Positions 19,977-29,165 of a DNA stretch of 64,000 bases are shown in pieces (position 1 is the stretch's first letter; each line of letters starts with the position of its first letter). The stretch lies in contig CBDCCI010000002.1 of assembly GCA_965214705.1 (NCBI GenBank), positions 2,560,001 through 2,624,000 on the forward strand, read 5' to 3'. The notes beneath the pieces are model-generated. The model ran no database searches and was not told the origin of the DNA. It was given only the letters and a program-made list of their open reading frames with translations. This stretch comes from Alphaproteobacteria bacterium (lineage in GTDB: Bacteria > Pseudomonadota > Alphaproteobacteria > UBA828). The translations under genes and the position numbers were made by a program.

Positions 19977-20579
19977 ATGACGGAAGCGTTAGTTCTGACC
20001 GTCGGGCACTCCAACCACCCGCTGGAGACCTTCGTCTCGCTCCTGCAGCAGCACGACGTCACGACACTCGCCGACGTTCGCTCGGCGCCCTACAGCCGCT
20101 TCAACCCGCAGTTCAACCGCAAGTCCCTCGACGCCGCGCTGCGGACGCACGGCATTGCGTACCGCTTCATGGGGCAGGCGCTCGGCGGGCGCCCCGAAGA
20201 CCGCTCCTGCTACGAGGACGGGCGCGTGCGCTACGATCGCATGGCGCGGACGTCTCTCTATCGCGAGGGGATCGATCGGGTGGTGGAGATGGCGGGGGTC
20301 GAGCGCCTGGCTCTGATGTGCGCGGAGAAGGAGCCGCTCGACTGCCACCGGACGCTGTTGGTCGGCCACAGCCTCGCCGGGCGCGGCGTCGCCGTCACCC
20401 ACATCCTCGCCGATGGAAGGCTGGAGCCCCACGACGACACGATGGACCGCCTGCTGGACTCCGTGAAGCTGCCCAGAGGCGACCTCCTGCACACGAAGGA
20501 GGAGCTGATCGAGCAGGCGCTGGCCCTGAAGGAGGGACGCATCGCCTACGCGGACAAGACATCGCGCAGCCGCCGATGA
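19977..20579 (+). CDS. DUF488 family protein
   Basis: TVGHSNH, DVRSAPYSR, LGGRP, LMCAEKEPLDCHR. Confidence 0.88.
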   Translation: MTEALVLTVGHSNHPLETFVSLLQQHDVTTLADVRSAPYSRFNPQFNRKSLDAALRTHGIAYRFMGQALGGRPEDRSCYEDGRVRYDRMARTSLYREGIDRVVEMAGVERLALMCAEKEPLDCHRTLLVGHSLAGRGVAVTHILADGRLEPHDDTMDRLLDSVKLPRGDLLHTKEELIEQALALKEGRIAYADKTSRSRR

Positions 20580-20653
20580 CGGACTGGGCGATCATGGTGC
20601 GGCCGCCGATCCGCTTGCGGGGGCCGCGGCGGGCCCCTATCCTTCCCGGTCGG

Positions 20654-20727
20654 GCGGGTGTAGCTCAATGGTAGAGCAGAAGCTTCCCAAGCTTACGACG
20701 AGGGTTCGATTCCCTTCACCCGCTCCA
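20654..20727 (+). tRNA. tRNA-Gly (anticodon CCC)
   Basis: Acceptor stem GCGGGTG/CACCCGC, D arm GCTCAATGGTAGAGC, anticodon loop TTCCCAA, GGTTCGATTCC, encoded CCA. Confidence 0.96.
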
Positions 20728-20838
20728 TTCCGCGCCCACCCAGTGTCGCGGAAGCGACCCGGCCCCCGGCACCGGAAGACCGGCCAAGGGTGAGACCCGC
20801 CGGGGCAGTCTCGCCGGTGCCCTGCGGCTGAGGACGCG

Positions 20839-22047
20839 ATGTCGGACCGCTCCCGCATACTCTTCATCAACGTTGGGCACGGGCTCGACCACCTGTTCCT
20901 GCTGCTCTACCCGACCGTGGTGCTCACCCTCGAAGGGGTGTTCGACCGTTCCTACGGCGAGCTGCTCTCGCTTGCCGTGCCCGGCTTCATCGCCTTCGCC
21001 GCCGGCACGCTGCCGGCCGGCTGGTTGGGGGACCGGTGGAGCAGGCCCGCGATGCTCGCGATCTTCTTCGTCGGCATCGGGGCCGCGTCCATTCTCACCG
21101 GCTTCGCCCGCACGCCCTTCGAGCTTGCGGTCGGGCTCACGCTGATCGGCCTCTTCGCCTCGATCTATCACCCGGTCGGCATCGCCATGCTCGTCGAGGG
21201 ACGCGAGAAGGTCGGCAAGCTGCTCGGGGTCAACGGAGTCGCGGGAAACTTCGGGCTGGCGGCGGCGGCGATCGTGGCTGCGTCGCTGAGCGATGCGATC
21301 AGCTGGCGTGCGGCGTTCTTCGTGCCGGGCGCGGGCTCGCTGGTCGTGGGGCTCTGGTTCATCGCGGTCTGCCGGCAGTGGCGCAACAGCGAGGCGGTTT
21401 CCTCCCGACCCTCCCTGGGCCGGGGGTGGGGCGGCCAGCCCTCGGGCACGCTGCTGCGGCTGGTGCTGGTGATCGGCATCGCGACGACGCTCACGGGGCT
21501 CACGTTCCAGACCACGACCATCGCGCTCCCCAAACTGTTCGACGAAGGGCTCACCGGGATAACCGACAGTGCCCTCGGTATCGGCGGGCTGGTCTCGGTG
21601 GTCATCGCCATCGCCGCCTTCGCCCAGATCGGAGTCGGCTGGCTGATCGACCGCTACCCGGCCAAGCCGGTCTGGATCGCGGTGCTGTTCGCCCAGGCGC
21701 CGCTGATCGCCGCCGCCGGTGTGCTCGCTGGCCACGGCCTGATCATCGTGGCGCTCGCGATGATGATGGTGGTGGTCGGCGAGATTCCGATCCAGGACGC
21801 GCTGGTCACGCGTTACACGAAGGAGAGCTGGCGGGCGCGGGTCTTTGGCGTCAAGTTCCTGCTGGGCCTCGGCGCGAGCGCGGTGGCGGCGCCGCTGGTC
21901 GCGGGCCTCCACGGTGTTTCCGGCGGCTTCCTCTGGCTCTTCGTCGGACTCGGCGGCTCGGCGGCGCTGGTCGCCATCATCGCCTTCTGGCTGCCGAGCA
22001 GCGACGGTGGCGCGCCGCAGCACGCGGTGGCCAAGGCCGGGGCCTGA
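20839..22047 (+). CDS. MFS transporter
   Basis: About 12 hydrophobic segments; GWLGDRWSR motif A; SIYHPVG. Confidence 0.88.
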   Translation: MSDRSRILFINVGHGLDHLFLLLYPTVVLTLEGVFDRSYGELLSLAVPGFIAFAAGTLPAGWLGDRWSRPAMLAIFFVGIGAASILTGFARTPFELAVGLTLIGLFASIYHPVGIAMLVEGREKVGKLLGVNGVAGNFGLAAAAIVAASLSDAISWRAAFFVPGAGSLVVGLWFIAVCRQWRNSEAVSSRPSLGRGWGGQPSGTLLRLVLVIGIATTLTGLTFQTTTIALPKLFDEGLTGITDSALGIGGLVSVVIAIAAFAQIGVGWLIDRYPAKPVWIAVLFAQAPLIAAAGVLAGHGLIIVALAMMMVVVGEIPIQDALVTRYTKESWRARVFGVKFLLGLGASAVAAPLVAGLHGVSGGFLWLFVGLGGSAALVAIIAFWLPSSDGGAPQHAVAKAGA

Positions 22048-22132
22048 GACGGCCTGCGCGTCGGCTCGTCGAGGCCGCGACATTTGGTTGACCACGCCCA
22101 CCGGTTTGTGTTTCATGCGCGCACAGGACGCG

Positions 22133-22211
22133 CTCATCCAGAGCGGTGGAGGGACAGGCCCTTCGAAGCCGCGGCAACCGCCAAGAGCGGTGCCAATGCC
22201 TGATCGATGAG
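22133..22211 (+). promoter_or_regulatory. SAM-I-like riboswitch lacking an evident P4 helix
   Basis: P1 CTCATC/GATGAG; ATCCAGAG; kink-turn P2 GCGGTGGAGGGACAGGCCCTTCGAAGCCGC; P3 GGCAACCG...CGGTGCC; TTGACC-N17-TTTCAT upstream (22088-22116). Confidence 0.85.
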
Positions 22212-22279
22212 TTAGCCGGAGGCGGAACTCCGCTCTCGGCGCTCGTAGAGCGCGTAGGAGACGAGAGGAGTACCGCCAG

Positions 22280-22345
22280 ATGATGACTCTGTGCGCCCAA
22301 CCATTCGCCCCTCCGGGGGCCGCGTCCTGTTGCGTCTGTACCTAG
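22280..22345 (+). CDS. Putative leader peptide MMTLCAQPFAPPGAASCCVCT
   Basis: SD AGAGGAG 9 nt upstream; 21 codons, 4 Cys and 2 Met; lies between riboswitch and osmC-like gene. Confidence 0.5.
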   Translation: MMTLCAQPFAPPGAASCCVCT

Positions 22346-22472
22346 GCTACCGCTCGTAGCCGATCCCACCGGGTGAGACCGATGGAGACCTCGCGGTCCT
22401 CCAGGCCTCTGGCATCGCCGCCGACCGGGGCGGTGTCAACGCCCGACAACCATGCCCACAAGGAGAAGATTC

Positions 22473-23036
22473 ATGTCCGATACCAGCGAAACTCCCGGCC
22501 TTAACGGTGTCAACGTCGAGCACCTGCTCGGCGCCCGCAATATCCTGGGCGACCAGCCCGAAGCCGGCCAGTTCACGTGGCGCGTTACCAACGAGTGGCT
22601 CCACGGCACCCACAGCAAGACGCAAGTGGAAGGCTATTTCGGCCTCGGCCAGGAGAACGACCACAAGGCGAGCTACTCGTTCGAGTCCGATCATCCCCTG
22701 GTGTTCGCGGCCGAGGACAACGCCGCCACGCCGGTGGAAATCGTGCTCACGGGCCTCGCGAGCTGCCTGACCGCGGGCGTCGCCGCGGTCGCACAGGTGC
22801 GGGAGATCCAGCTGCGTTCGGTCAAGGCCACGGTCGAAGGCGACATGGACATCGCCGGCATCCTGGGCGCCGATCCCGAAATCCGGAACGGGTTCAGCAA
22901 TGTCAAGGTCACCTACGATATCGACGCCGACGCCACGCCCGACGAGATCCAGGCGCTGGTCGCCCAGTCGCAAAAACGCTCGGCGGTCTACGATATCCTG
23001 ACCAACCCGACGAACGTCACCGTCGAGGTCAAGTAA
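22473..23036 (+). CDS. OsmC family protein
   Basis: NGVNVE, SDHPLVF..DNAATPVE..LASCLT, RSAVYDILTNPT; single Cys; SD AGGAG. Confidence 0.85.
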   Translation: MSDTSETPGLNGVNVEHLLGARNILGDQPEAGQFTWRVTNEWLHGTHSKTQVEGYFGLGQENDHKASYSFESDHPLVFAAEDNAATPVEIVLTGLASCLTAGVAAVAQVREIQLRSVKATVEGDMDIAGILGADPEIRNGFSNVKVTYDIDADATPDEIQALVAQSQKRSAVYDILTNPTNVTVEVK

Positions 23037-23044
23037 CCGCCGTC

Positions 23045-24292
23045 ATGCAGACGACGACCGTCGTGGTCGGGGCCGGTCATGCCGGCCTCGCCGTGAGCCA
23101 TTGCCTCGCCGCGCGCGGCATCGATCACGTGGTGATCGAGCGCGGCGAGGTGGCTCACACGTGGCGGACGGAGCGCTGGGAGTCGCTCCGCCTGCTGACG
23201 CCGAACTGGCAGACGCAGGTGCCCGGCCTCGCCTACGACGGCGACGATCCCGACGGCTTCATGACCATGGCCGAGGTGGTGGCGTTCATCGAGCGCTACG
23301 CCCGGCTCGTGGACCCGCCGCTCGAGACCGGCACCACCGTCGAAGCCCTGACCAAGAACGGCGCCGGCTACGAGGTGGCGACCGACCGGGGCGTCTGGCG
23401 CTGCGCATGCGTGGTGCTCGCCTCCGGCGGCTTCAACGTTCCGAAGATTCCGGCGGTCGGGGCGGCGCTCTCCGGCACCATCGAGTCGGTGACGCCGATG
23501 GACTACACGCGGCCCTCGGACTTGCCGGAGGGCGGCGTGCTGGTGGTCGGCGCGTCCGCCACCGGTGTCCAGATCGCGGACGAGGTGCACCGCTCGGGCC
23601 GCCCCGTGACGATCGCGGTGGGCGAGCACGTGCGCATGCCGCGCACCTATCGCGGCAAGGACATCCTGTGGTGGATGGATCGCACCGGGCTGCACGACGA
23701 GCGCTACGACGAGGTGGACGACATCGTGCGCGCGCGCCGGGTTCCCTCGCCGCAGCTCGTGGGCACGCCGGAACGCTCCACGCTGAATCTCAACGACCTC
23801 ACCGATCAGGGGGTGCGCCTGGTGGGCCTGCTGGCCGGGTTCTCGGACGGCAAGGCGCAGTTCTCGGGCTCGCTCCGCAACAAGTGCAACCTGGCGGACC
23901 TGAAGCAGGGCCGGCTGCTCGACACCATCGACGAATGGGTCGACGAGAACGGGCTCGATGACGAATTCGAGTCGCCGCATCGTTTCGAGCCGACGCGGGT
24001 GGAGGAGTCGCCGCCGCTCACCCTCGACCTCGCCCGCGAGGGGATTCGGACGGTGATCTGGGCGACCGGATACGAGCCCGACCATTCCTGGGTCGATCTT
24101 CCCGTGTTCGACCGCAAGGGGCGGCTGCGCCATGACGGCGGCGTGGTGACGGAGGCGCCGGGCGTCTACCGCATCGGCCTCAACTTCCTGCGCCGGCGCA
24201 AGTCAAGCTTCATCCACGGCACCGCCGACGATGCCCGCGATCTCACCGACCATTTGGCCGCTCAGATCGGCGCGGACTCGGCCCGCCACTGA
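23045..24292 (+). CDS. Flavin-containing monooxygenase-like FAD/NAD(P)-dependent oxidoreductase
   Basis: GAGHAG, WRTERWESLRLLTPNW, VVGASATGVQIA, VIWATGY. Confidence 0.88.
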   Translation: MQTTTVVVGAGHAGLAVSHCLAARGIDHVVIERGEVAHTWRTERWESLRLLTPNWQTQVPGLAYDGDDPDGFMTMAEVVAFIERYARLVDPPLETGTTVEALTKNGAGYEVATDRGVWRCACVVLASGGFNVPKIPAVGAALSGTIESVTPMDYTRPSDLPEGGVLVVGASATGVQIADEVHRSGRPVTIAVGEHVRMPRTYRGKDILWWMDRTGLHDERYDEVDDIVRARRVPSPQLVGTPERSTLNLNDLTDQGVRLVGLLAGFSDGKAQFSGSLRNKCNLADLKQGRLLDTIDEWVDENGLDDEFESPHRFEPTRVEESPPLTLDLAREGIRTVIWATGYEPDHSWVDLPVFDRKGRLRHDGGVVTEAPGVYRIGLNFLRRRKSSFIHGTADDARDLTDHLAAQIGADSARH

Positions 24293-24318
24293 CTCCGTCA
24301 CGCCGGGGCTTGCTTGAT

Positions 24319-25017
24319 CTAACGATTGGCCGCCTTTGTGCGCTCCAGGTGCTTGAGCGCCTCGCGCCGGCTCAGGTCCGAAAGTTCTGGATGAGCTTTG
24401 ACGAAGGCGCGCACCCAGGCCGGATCGGTCTTGGAGTACTCGCGCAACGCCCAGCCGATGCCCTTGCGCAGGAAGAACTCCGCCTCGCCGATGGACGGCC
24501 GGATCGCGTCGGCCAGCAGCTCCGTGTCCGTTGCCCGCTTGGCCCGGAGCTGGGCGAGTATCGCGGTCCGCCGCTTCCAGATGTTGTCGTCCTTCGCCCA
24601 TTCGCTCAGTACGGCCTTCATCGGGCGAGGATGAGCGGCGAGCATGATCCCTACTCCACGACCGGCAATCGCGTCCACGTAGTCCCACCAGGCGCCGGTG
24701 ACCACCAGCTCCTCGATTAACGGAACTCTCGCCGGCTCCAGCCAGCGCGAATAGCGCCCGAACAGCAGTAGCTCGACCGCCGCGTAGCGCTCCTCGCGGT
24801 GGGCGGCGTTGCGCCACAGGTCGAGAATCGCCGCCTCCCAGGCGCGGGCGTCGGGTAGCGGGCGTGCCCTGAACACAGAAGTGGCGAGACGCCGGCATTG
24901 CGGCACGCCCACGCCGAAATAGGGCATGTCCGACTTCATGTATGCCTGTTGCTGCGGGGCTCTCGCCGGGTCGGCGGCGTCGCGCAAGGCGGCAATGACA
25001 GAGTCTCGAATGCTCAT
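24319..25017 (-). CDS. DNA alkylation repair protein (AlkD-like)
   Basis: AYMKS, REERY, WWDYVD, WKRR, EFFLRKGIGWALREYSK. Confidence 0.88.
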   Translation of the reverse strand: MSIRDSVIAALRDAADPARAPQQQAYMKSDMPYFGVGVPQCRRLATSVFRARPLPDARAWEAAILDLWRNAAHREERYAAVELLLFGRYSRWLEPARVPLIEELVVTGAWWDYVDAIAGRGVGIMLAAHPRPMKAVLSEWAKDDNIWKRRTAILAQLRAKRATDTELLADAIRPSIGEAEFFLRKGIGWALREYSKTDPAWVRAFVKAHPELSDLSRREALKHLERTKAANR

Positions 25018-25204
25018 CGTGCGACCCTACTGATTCGGGGCGATTGTCGCTGTTCGGCGCCATCATGCCTCCGGCATCGCCTGCCCGACAGGTCCAACGA
25101 CCTGGCTCGAAGACCGCCATCCGCAGGCATGAGCTACCAGCGTCGGTCGCGCCCCAGCGGCCGCTGGGGCGACGACAGGCGGTGACATCGGCGCCGCTTG
25201 GAGG

Positions 25205-27407
25205 CAGGGCGAATTTGTCCAAGCCTGATTTTTGAGTTCTGCGCTACGAGTTGACCTTGGGTCTGGTCAGCGCGCGCCAACCCTGCTATGGATTGAGGCG
25301 ACTGGATTCGCGGTGTTCTGCTGCGGATCGGCTTCGAGCAGGGGGACGGTTTCTACGGTGGATCTTTCCGAGGTCGATGTCGCTGCTGTCCGGCCGGAGG
25401 ACGAGGCCCGGTTCCGCGCGCTGATGGAGGGGCATCACTACCTGGGTGCGTCTGCGAAGGTGGGGGCGACGGCGTGGTACGTCGCCCATCGGCGCGGCGA
25501 GTGGCTGGCGCTGGCCGTGTTTTCGGCTGCGGCGCGCAAGTGCCGGGCGCGGGACGAGTGGATCGGCTGGGACTTCCGCACGCAGCACGGGCGGCTGCAT
25601 CTGATCGCGAACAACGCGCGCTTCCTGATCCTGCCGGGACGGGGTGTTCCGAACCTCGGCTCGCGGGTGCTGGGGCTTTGCGCGCGGCGCTTGGCGCGCG
25701 ACTGGCCGGCCCGCTTCGGCCACCCCGTGCTGATGCTGGAAACATTCGTGGACGCGGCGAGGTTCCGGGGCACGGTCTACCGGGCGGCTGGATGGCTGGC
25801 GGTCGGCCAGACCCGCGGCTTCCGGCGCCACCGCTCGGGCTATGTCGCCGGCTCGACGCCGAAGCTTGTGCTGCTGCGCCCCCTGGTTCCCGACGCCTGC
25901 CGCCGGCTGTCCGCTGCCGGGCTGGATCGGGAGTTGTGGAAGAAAGGAGTTCCGAGAACCATGATCAGCGCCGCTCAGCAAGAGTCGCTCTACGCCTACT
26001 TCAAGGACATCGACGACCCCCGCACGCGCAAGGGACGGCGGCATTCGCTGCCCAGCGTGCTCGCGCTTGCGAGTGGCGCGACGCTCTGCGGCATGCGAGG
26101 CTGGAAGGCCATGTCCGAGTGGGTCGACGATCTCGGCGAGAAGGCGCTGGCCCGCTTCGGCGTGCGGCTGCGCGACGGGGTGCGCCGGCCGCCTTCGATG
26201 TCGACCATCCGCAATGTGGTGATCCGGGTGGACCCGGACCAGTTGGACGAGGCGTTGCGCAAGTGGCAGGAGGCCCACGGCTCAGGCGACGCGGCGCTTG
26301 CCATCGACGGCAAGACCCTGAGGGGGGCCATCGACGAGGACGGGACCCAGGCTCATGTCATGAGCGCGGTCGGGCACGAGACCAAGGCCACGCTCGCCCA
26401 AAAAAACTTCTCCTGAAAGTCGGGGCCGACGAGGAGACAAAGCGCACCAACGAGATCGGCACCGTGACGGCGCTGGTGGACCTGATCCCGAACATCGCGG
26501 GCAAGACGGTCACGACGGACGCGCTGCTAACCCAGCGCAAGTTCGCCCGCTACCTGCTCGACCGGGGCGCGCACTTCATGTTCATCGTGAAAGGGAACCA
26601 GAAGACCATGCGGGACGATGTGACGCTGCTCTTCGAAGAGGCGCCGGAGCGTGAGCCTGACTTCGAGGAGGAGGCCGCGCTGTCGCACGGACGCATCGAG
26701 CAGCGGGCAATCTGGACGAGCACGGAGTTGAACGGCTTTCTCGACTTCCCGGGCGTCGGCCAGGTCTTCATGATCGAGCGCTCCCGCCAGGACAAGAAGA
26801 CCGGCGAGACCGGCACCGAGACCGCCTACGGGATCTCCAGCCACACGCCCGGCACGGCCAACGCGCAGAGCCTGCTCGCCCTCAACCGCGGCCACTGGTG
26901 CATCGAGAACAGCTCGCACCACTGCCTCGACTGGACCTGGGACGAGGACCGCAGCCGCATACGCACAGGCTTCGGCCCCGAGAACATGACCCGCCTGCGG
27001 CGCTTCGCCATCGGCCTGATCAAGGGCCGGGGGCTCGAGGTCGCCTCGACCGTGCGCAGGCTCGCCCGCAACGTCCGCGCCGTCCTCGACTTCCTGAAAA
27101 TGACCGGGAACACCCAGCCGAGGACCGCAAAGCGCGCCGCGCCGGCCTGAACCCCGGCGCCCGGCAAGCCGGGCGCAAAGATCGTACCTGCCCTCGCTCC
27201 CGACCACGCCGGTGGCGCGATCCATCATGTCGGGGCACCGCCAAATCGCGACGGCACCGCCCGCACCGCCCACACGGTAATGCCAGAACCCTCTGACCGA
27301 ACCGGATGCTCGGCCAGACCCCGCCGCAAACCCCGCAACAAAGCCGATCCGCACAACCCGTGGCCAGAACTCAACTGCCTACCAGCCGCTTGGACAAATT
27401 TGCCCTG
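25205..27407 (+). mobile_element. ISAs1 family element
   Basis: TIRs CAGGGC(G/A)AATTTGTCCAAGC (19/20); 10-bp target duplication CGCTTGGAGG (25195-25204 / 27408-27417). Confidence 0.93.
25358..27150 (+). CDS. DUF4338 (DruA-like)-ISAs1 transposase fusion, -1 frameshift at about 26401-26407
   Basis: N-term HHYLG..RDEWIGW..NNARFLILP..ETFVD; then DPR..GRRH, AIDGKTLRG; second frame NEI, DALLTQ, VKGNQ, HGRIE, HWCIEN; slippery A-AAA-AAC. Confidence 0.85.
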
Positions 27408-27515
27408 CGCTTGGAGGATGCATGGCGTCGCGGGCACGTGGTATATAGTAGGGTACGGCGACAAACAGGTTCGACGGCACGGACCGCTCAATCGGAAGGA
27501 GCAAGGGAGGCTTCA

Positions 27516-29114
27516 ATGGGGATCAGGATCACGCGACGGCAGGCGCTGAAGACCGGCGCCGCAGGCCTAGTGCTCACCTCGCCGATCGGCATCGCACCCA
27601 AGTACATCCGTCCCGCGCGGGCGGCGGGCTTGGCGCCTGGGATGACCGGCGGCCCCACGGGCTTCCCGGGGGCCGAGCGCTATCAGTACAACGAGGACAT
27701 GCCCGAAGGGCGGGCCATCGAAGGCATCAAGAAGCTCAAGGCAGAGGGCAAGGCGCCTGAGAAGTTGAGCTTCCTGCTCTTCTCGGGAGCGATCGGCCAG
27801 TTCACCAAGCCCTTCCCGGAGGGCGCGCCGACCGTCCACGACGTGTGGAAGGAAGAGACCGGGATCGAGGTCGAGTTCAGCGGCTCTGGCGAAGTGGAGA
27901 TGGTGACCAAGGTTCTCCAGGACATCACCACCCAGGCCGGCGTCTACGACATCTATTCCGCGCTGTGGAGCAATGTCGGCGACCTCGTCGCCACCGGCGG
28001 CATCGTCAATCTGGACCCGTACGTCGAGCAGTATAAGCCCGACTGGAACGACCCCGAGCGCGGGGCACCGACTGCGGAGATCGCCGATCTTCTCTACAAG
28101 TATGCGGGCTCCTACTACACGATCTCCTTCGACGGGGACTTCCAGACCTGGGTCTACCGCAAGGACCTGTTCGAGGACCCCGAGAACGTGAAGGAGTTCA
28201 GCGACCGCTACGGCTGGGAGCTGGGCAAGCCGCAGACCTGGGAACACGCTGACAATATCGCCGAGTTCTTCGCCGAGAAGGGCATGAACGGAACCGTCAA
28301 TCTGTTCAGCCCGTTCTGGGGTCTGGGCACCTACTTCATGCGCTACGTGGGGCAGGACAATCCCAACTTCCAGTACTTCGACGACAACGGAAACCCGCTG
28401 CTCGAGACGGAGCTCGGCATCAAGACCGCCGAGGAGCACGTGAGAAGCCGGCAGTGGGCCAACAAGGATGCGCTCAGCTGGACCTGGTCCGAGGCTTACG
28501 GGAGCATGGCCCAAGGCACCGGCGTGATGATGAGCACCTATACCAACCTGCGGAAGTTCAACGACCGGATGAACGCCGACGGAACGCCCGCCACGCCTGC
28601 GTCGGGCAAGCTCGGCTCGTTCCTCCCGGTGGGCAATTGGTTCGGAGACGACCTGATCCGCCGCAGCGTGCTCTACCTCAACATCAACGCCGAGGTCTCG
28701 GCGCAGAGCGAGTATCCGGAGGCCGCCTATCTCTTCCTCCAGTGGGCGAGTTGCTCGCGCATCTTCAGCTGGATGTCGGGCAATCCGGCCGGCTACTTCG
28801 ATCCGTTCCAGAAGGCCAACTTCGACGATCCGTTGGTGCAGCAGACCTACCACAAGGACCACGTGGAGGTGATTCAGGAGACCATCAAGCGCTCCGCACC
28901 GACGATCAACTTCGCCGGCCAGTCCGCATTCGACAACGGCCTGGACGAGGAGTTGCAGCGCGCGCTGATCGGCGACATCACGCCCGAAGAGGCCATGAAG
29001 AACGCCTCCAAGAAATGGCGGAAGATCATCAAGAAGAAGGGCGAGGACAAGATGATCGAGGCCATCCGCGCGAGCAACAAGGCAGCCTGGCCGACCATCG
29101 TCGACAAGGCTTAG
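27516..29114 (+). CDS. Carbohydrate-type ABC substrate-binding protein, Tat-exported
   Basis: TRRQALK signal; YRKDLF..P.TW motif; SD GGGAGG. Confidence 0.85.
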   Translation: MGIRITRRQALKTGAAGLVLTSPIGIAPKYIRPARAAGLAPGMTGGPTGFPGAERYQYNEDMPEGRAIEGIKKLKAEGKAPEKLSFLLFSGAIGQFTKPFPEGAPTVHDVWKEETGIEVEFSGSGEVEMVTKVLQDITTQAGVYDIYSALWSNVGDLVATGGIVNLDPYVEQYKPDWNDPERGAPTAEIADLLYKYAGSYYTISFDGDFQTWVYRKDLFEDPENVKEFSDRYGWELGKPQTWEHADNIAEFFAEKGMNGTVNLFSPFWGLGTYFMRYVGQDNPNFQYFDDNGNPLLETELGIKTAEEHVRSRQWANKDALSWTWSEAYGSMAQGTGVMMSTYTNLRKFNDRMNADGTPATPASGKLGSFLPVGNWFGDDLIRRSVLYLNINAEVSAQSEYPEAAYLFLQWASCSRIFSWMSGNPAGYFDPFQKANFDDPLVQQTYHKDHVEVIQETIKRSAPTINFAGQSAFDNGLDEELQRALIGDITPEEAMKNASKKWRKIIKKKGEDKMIEAIRASNKAAWPTIVDKA

Positions 29115-29121
29115 AGCAGAC

Positions 29122-29160
29122 GGGCGACGGGCGGGCGCGCGCCGCCCGTCGCCCCTTTCT
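29122..29160. terminator. Intrinsic terminator-like hairpin between convergent genes
   Basis: 13-bp stem GGGCGACGGGCGG/CCGCCCGTCGCCC followed by CTTTCT. Confidence 0.65.
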
Positions 29161-29165
29161 CCGAA

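Noticed and set aside
20654-20727. tRNA-Gly as an island integration site
   Set aside because: No duplicated tRNA 3' end noticed and no adjacent integrase
25358-25960. Complete Druantia defence system
   Set aside because: No DruE helicase or other dru genes; the domain lies within IS ends
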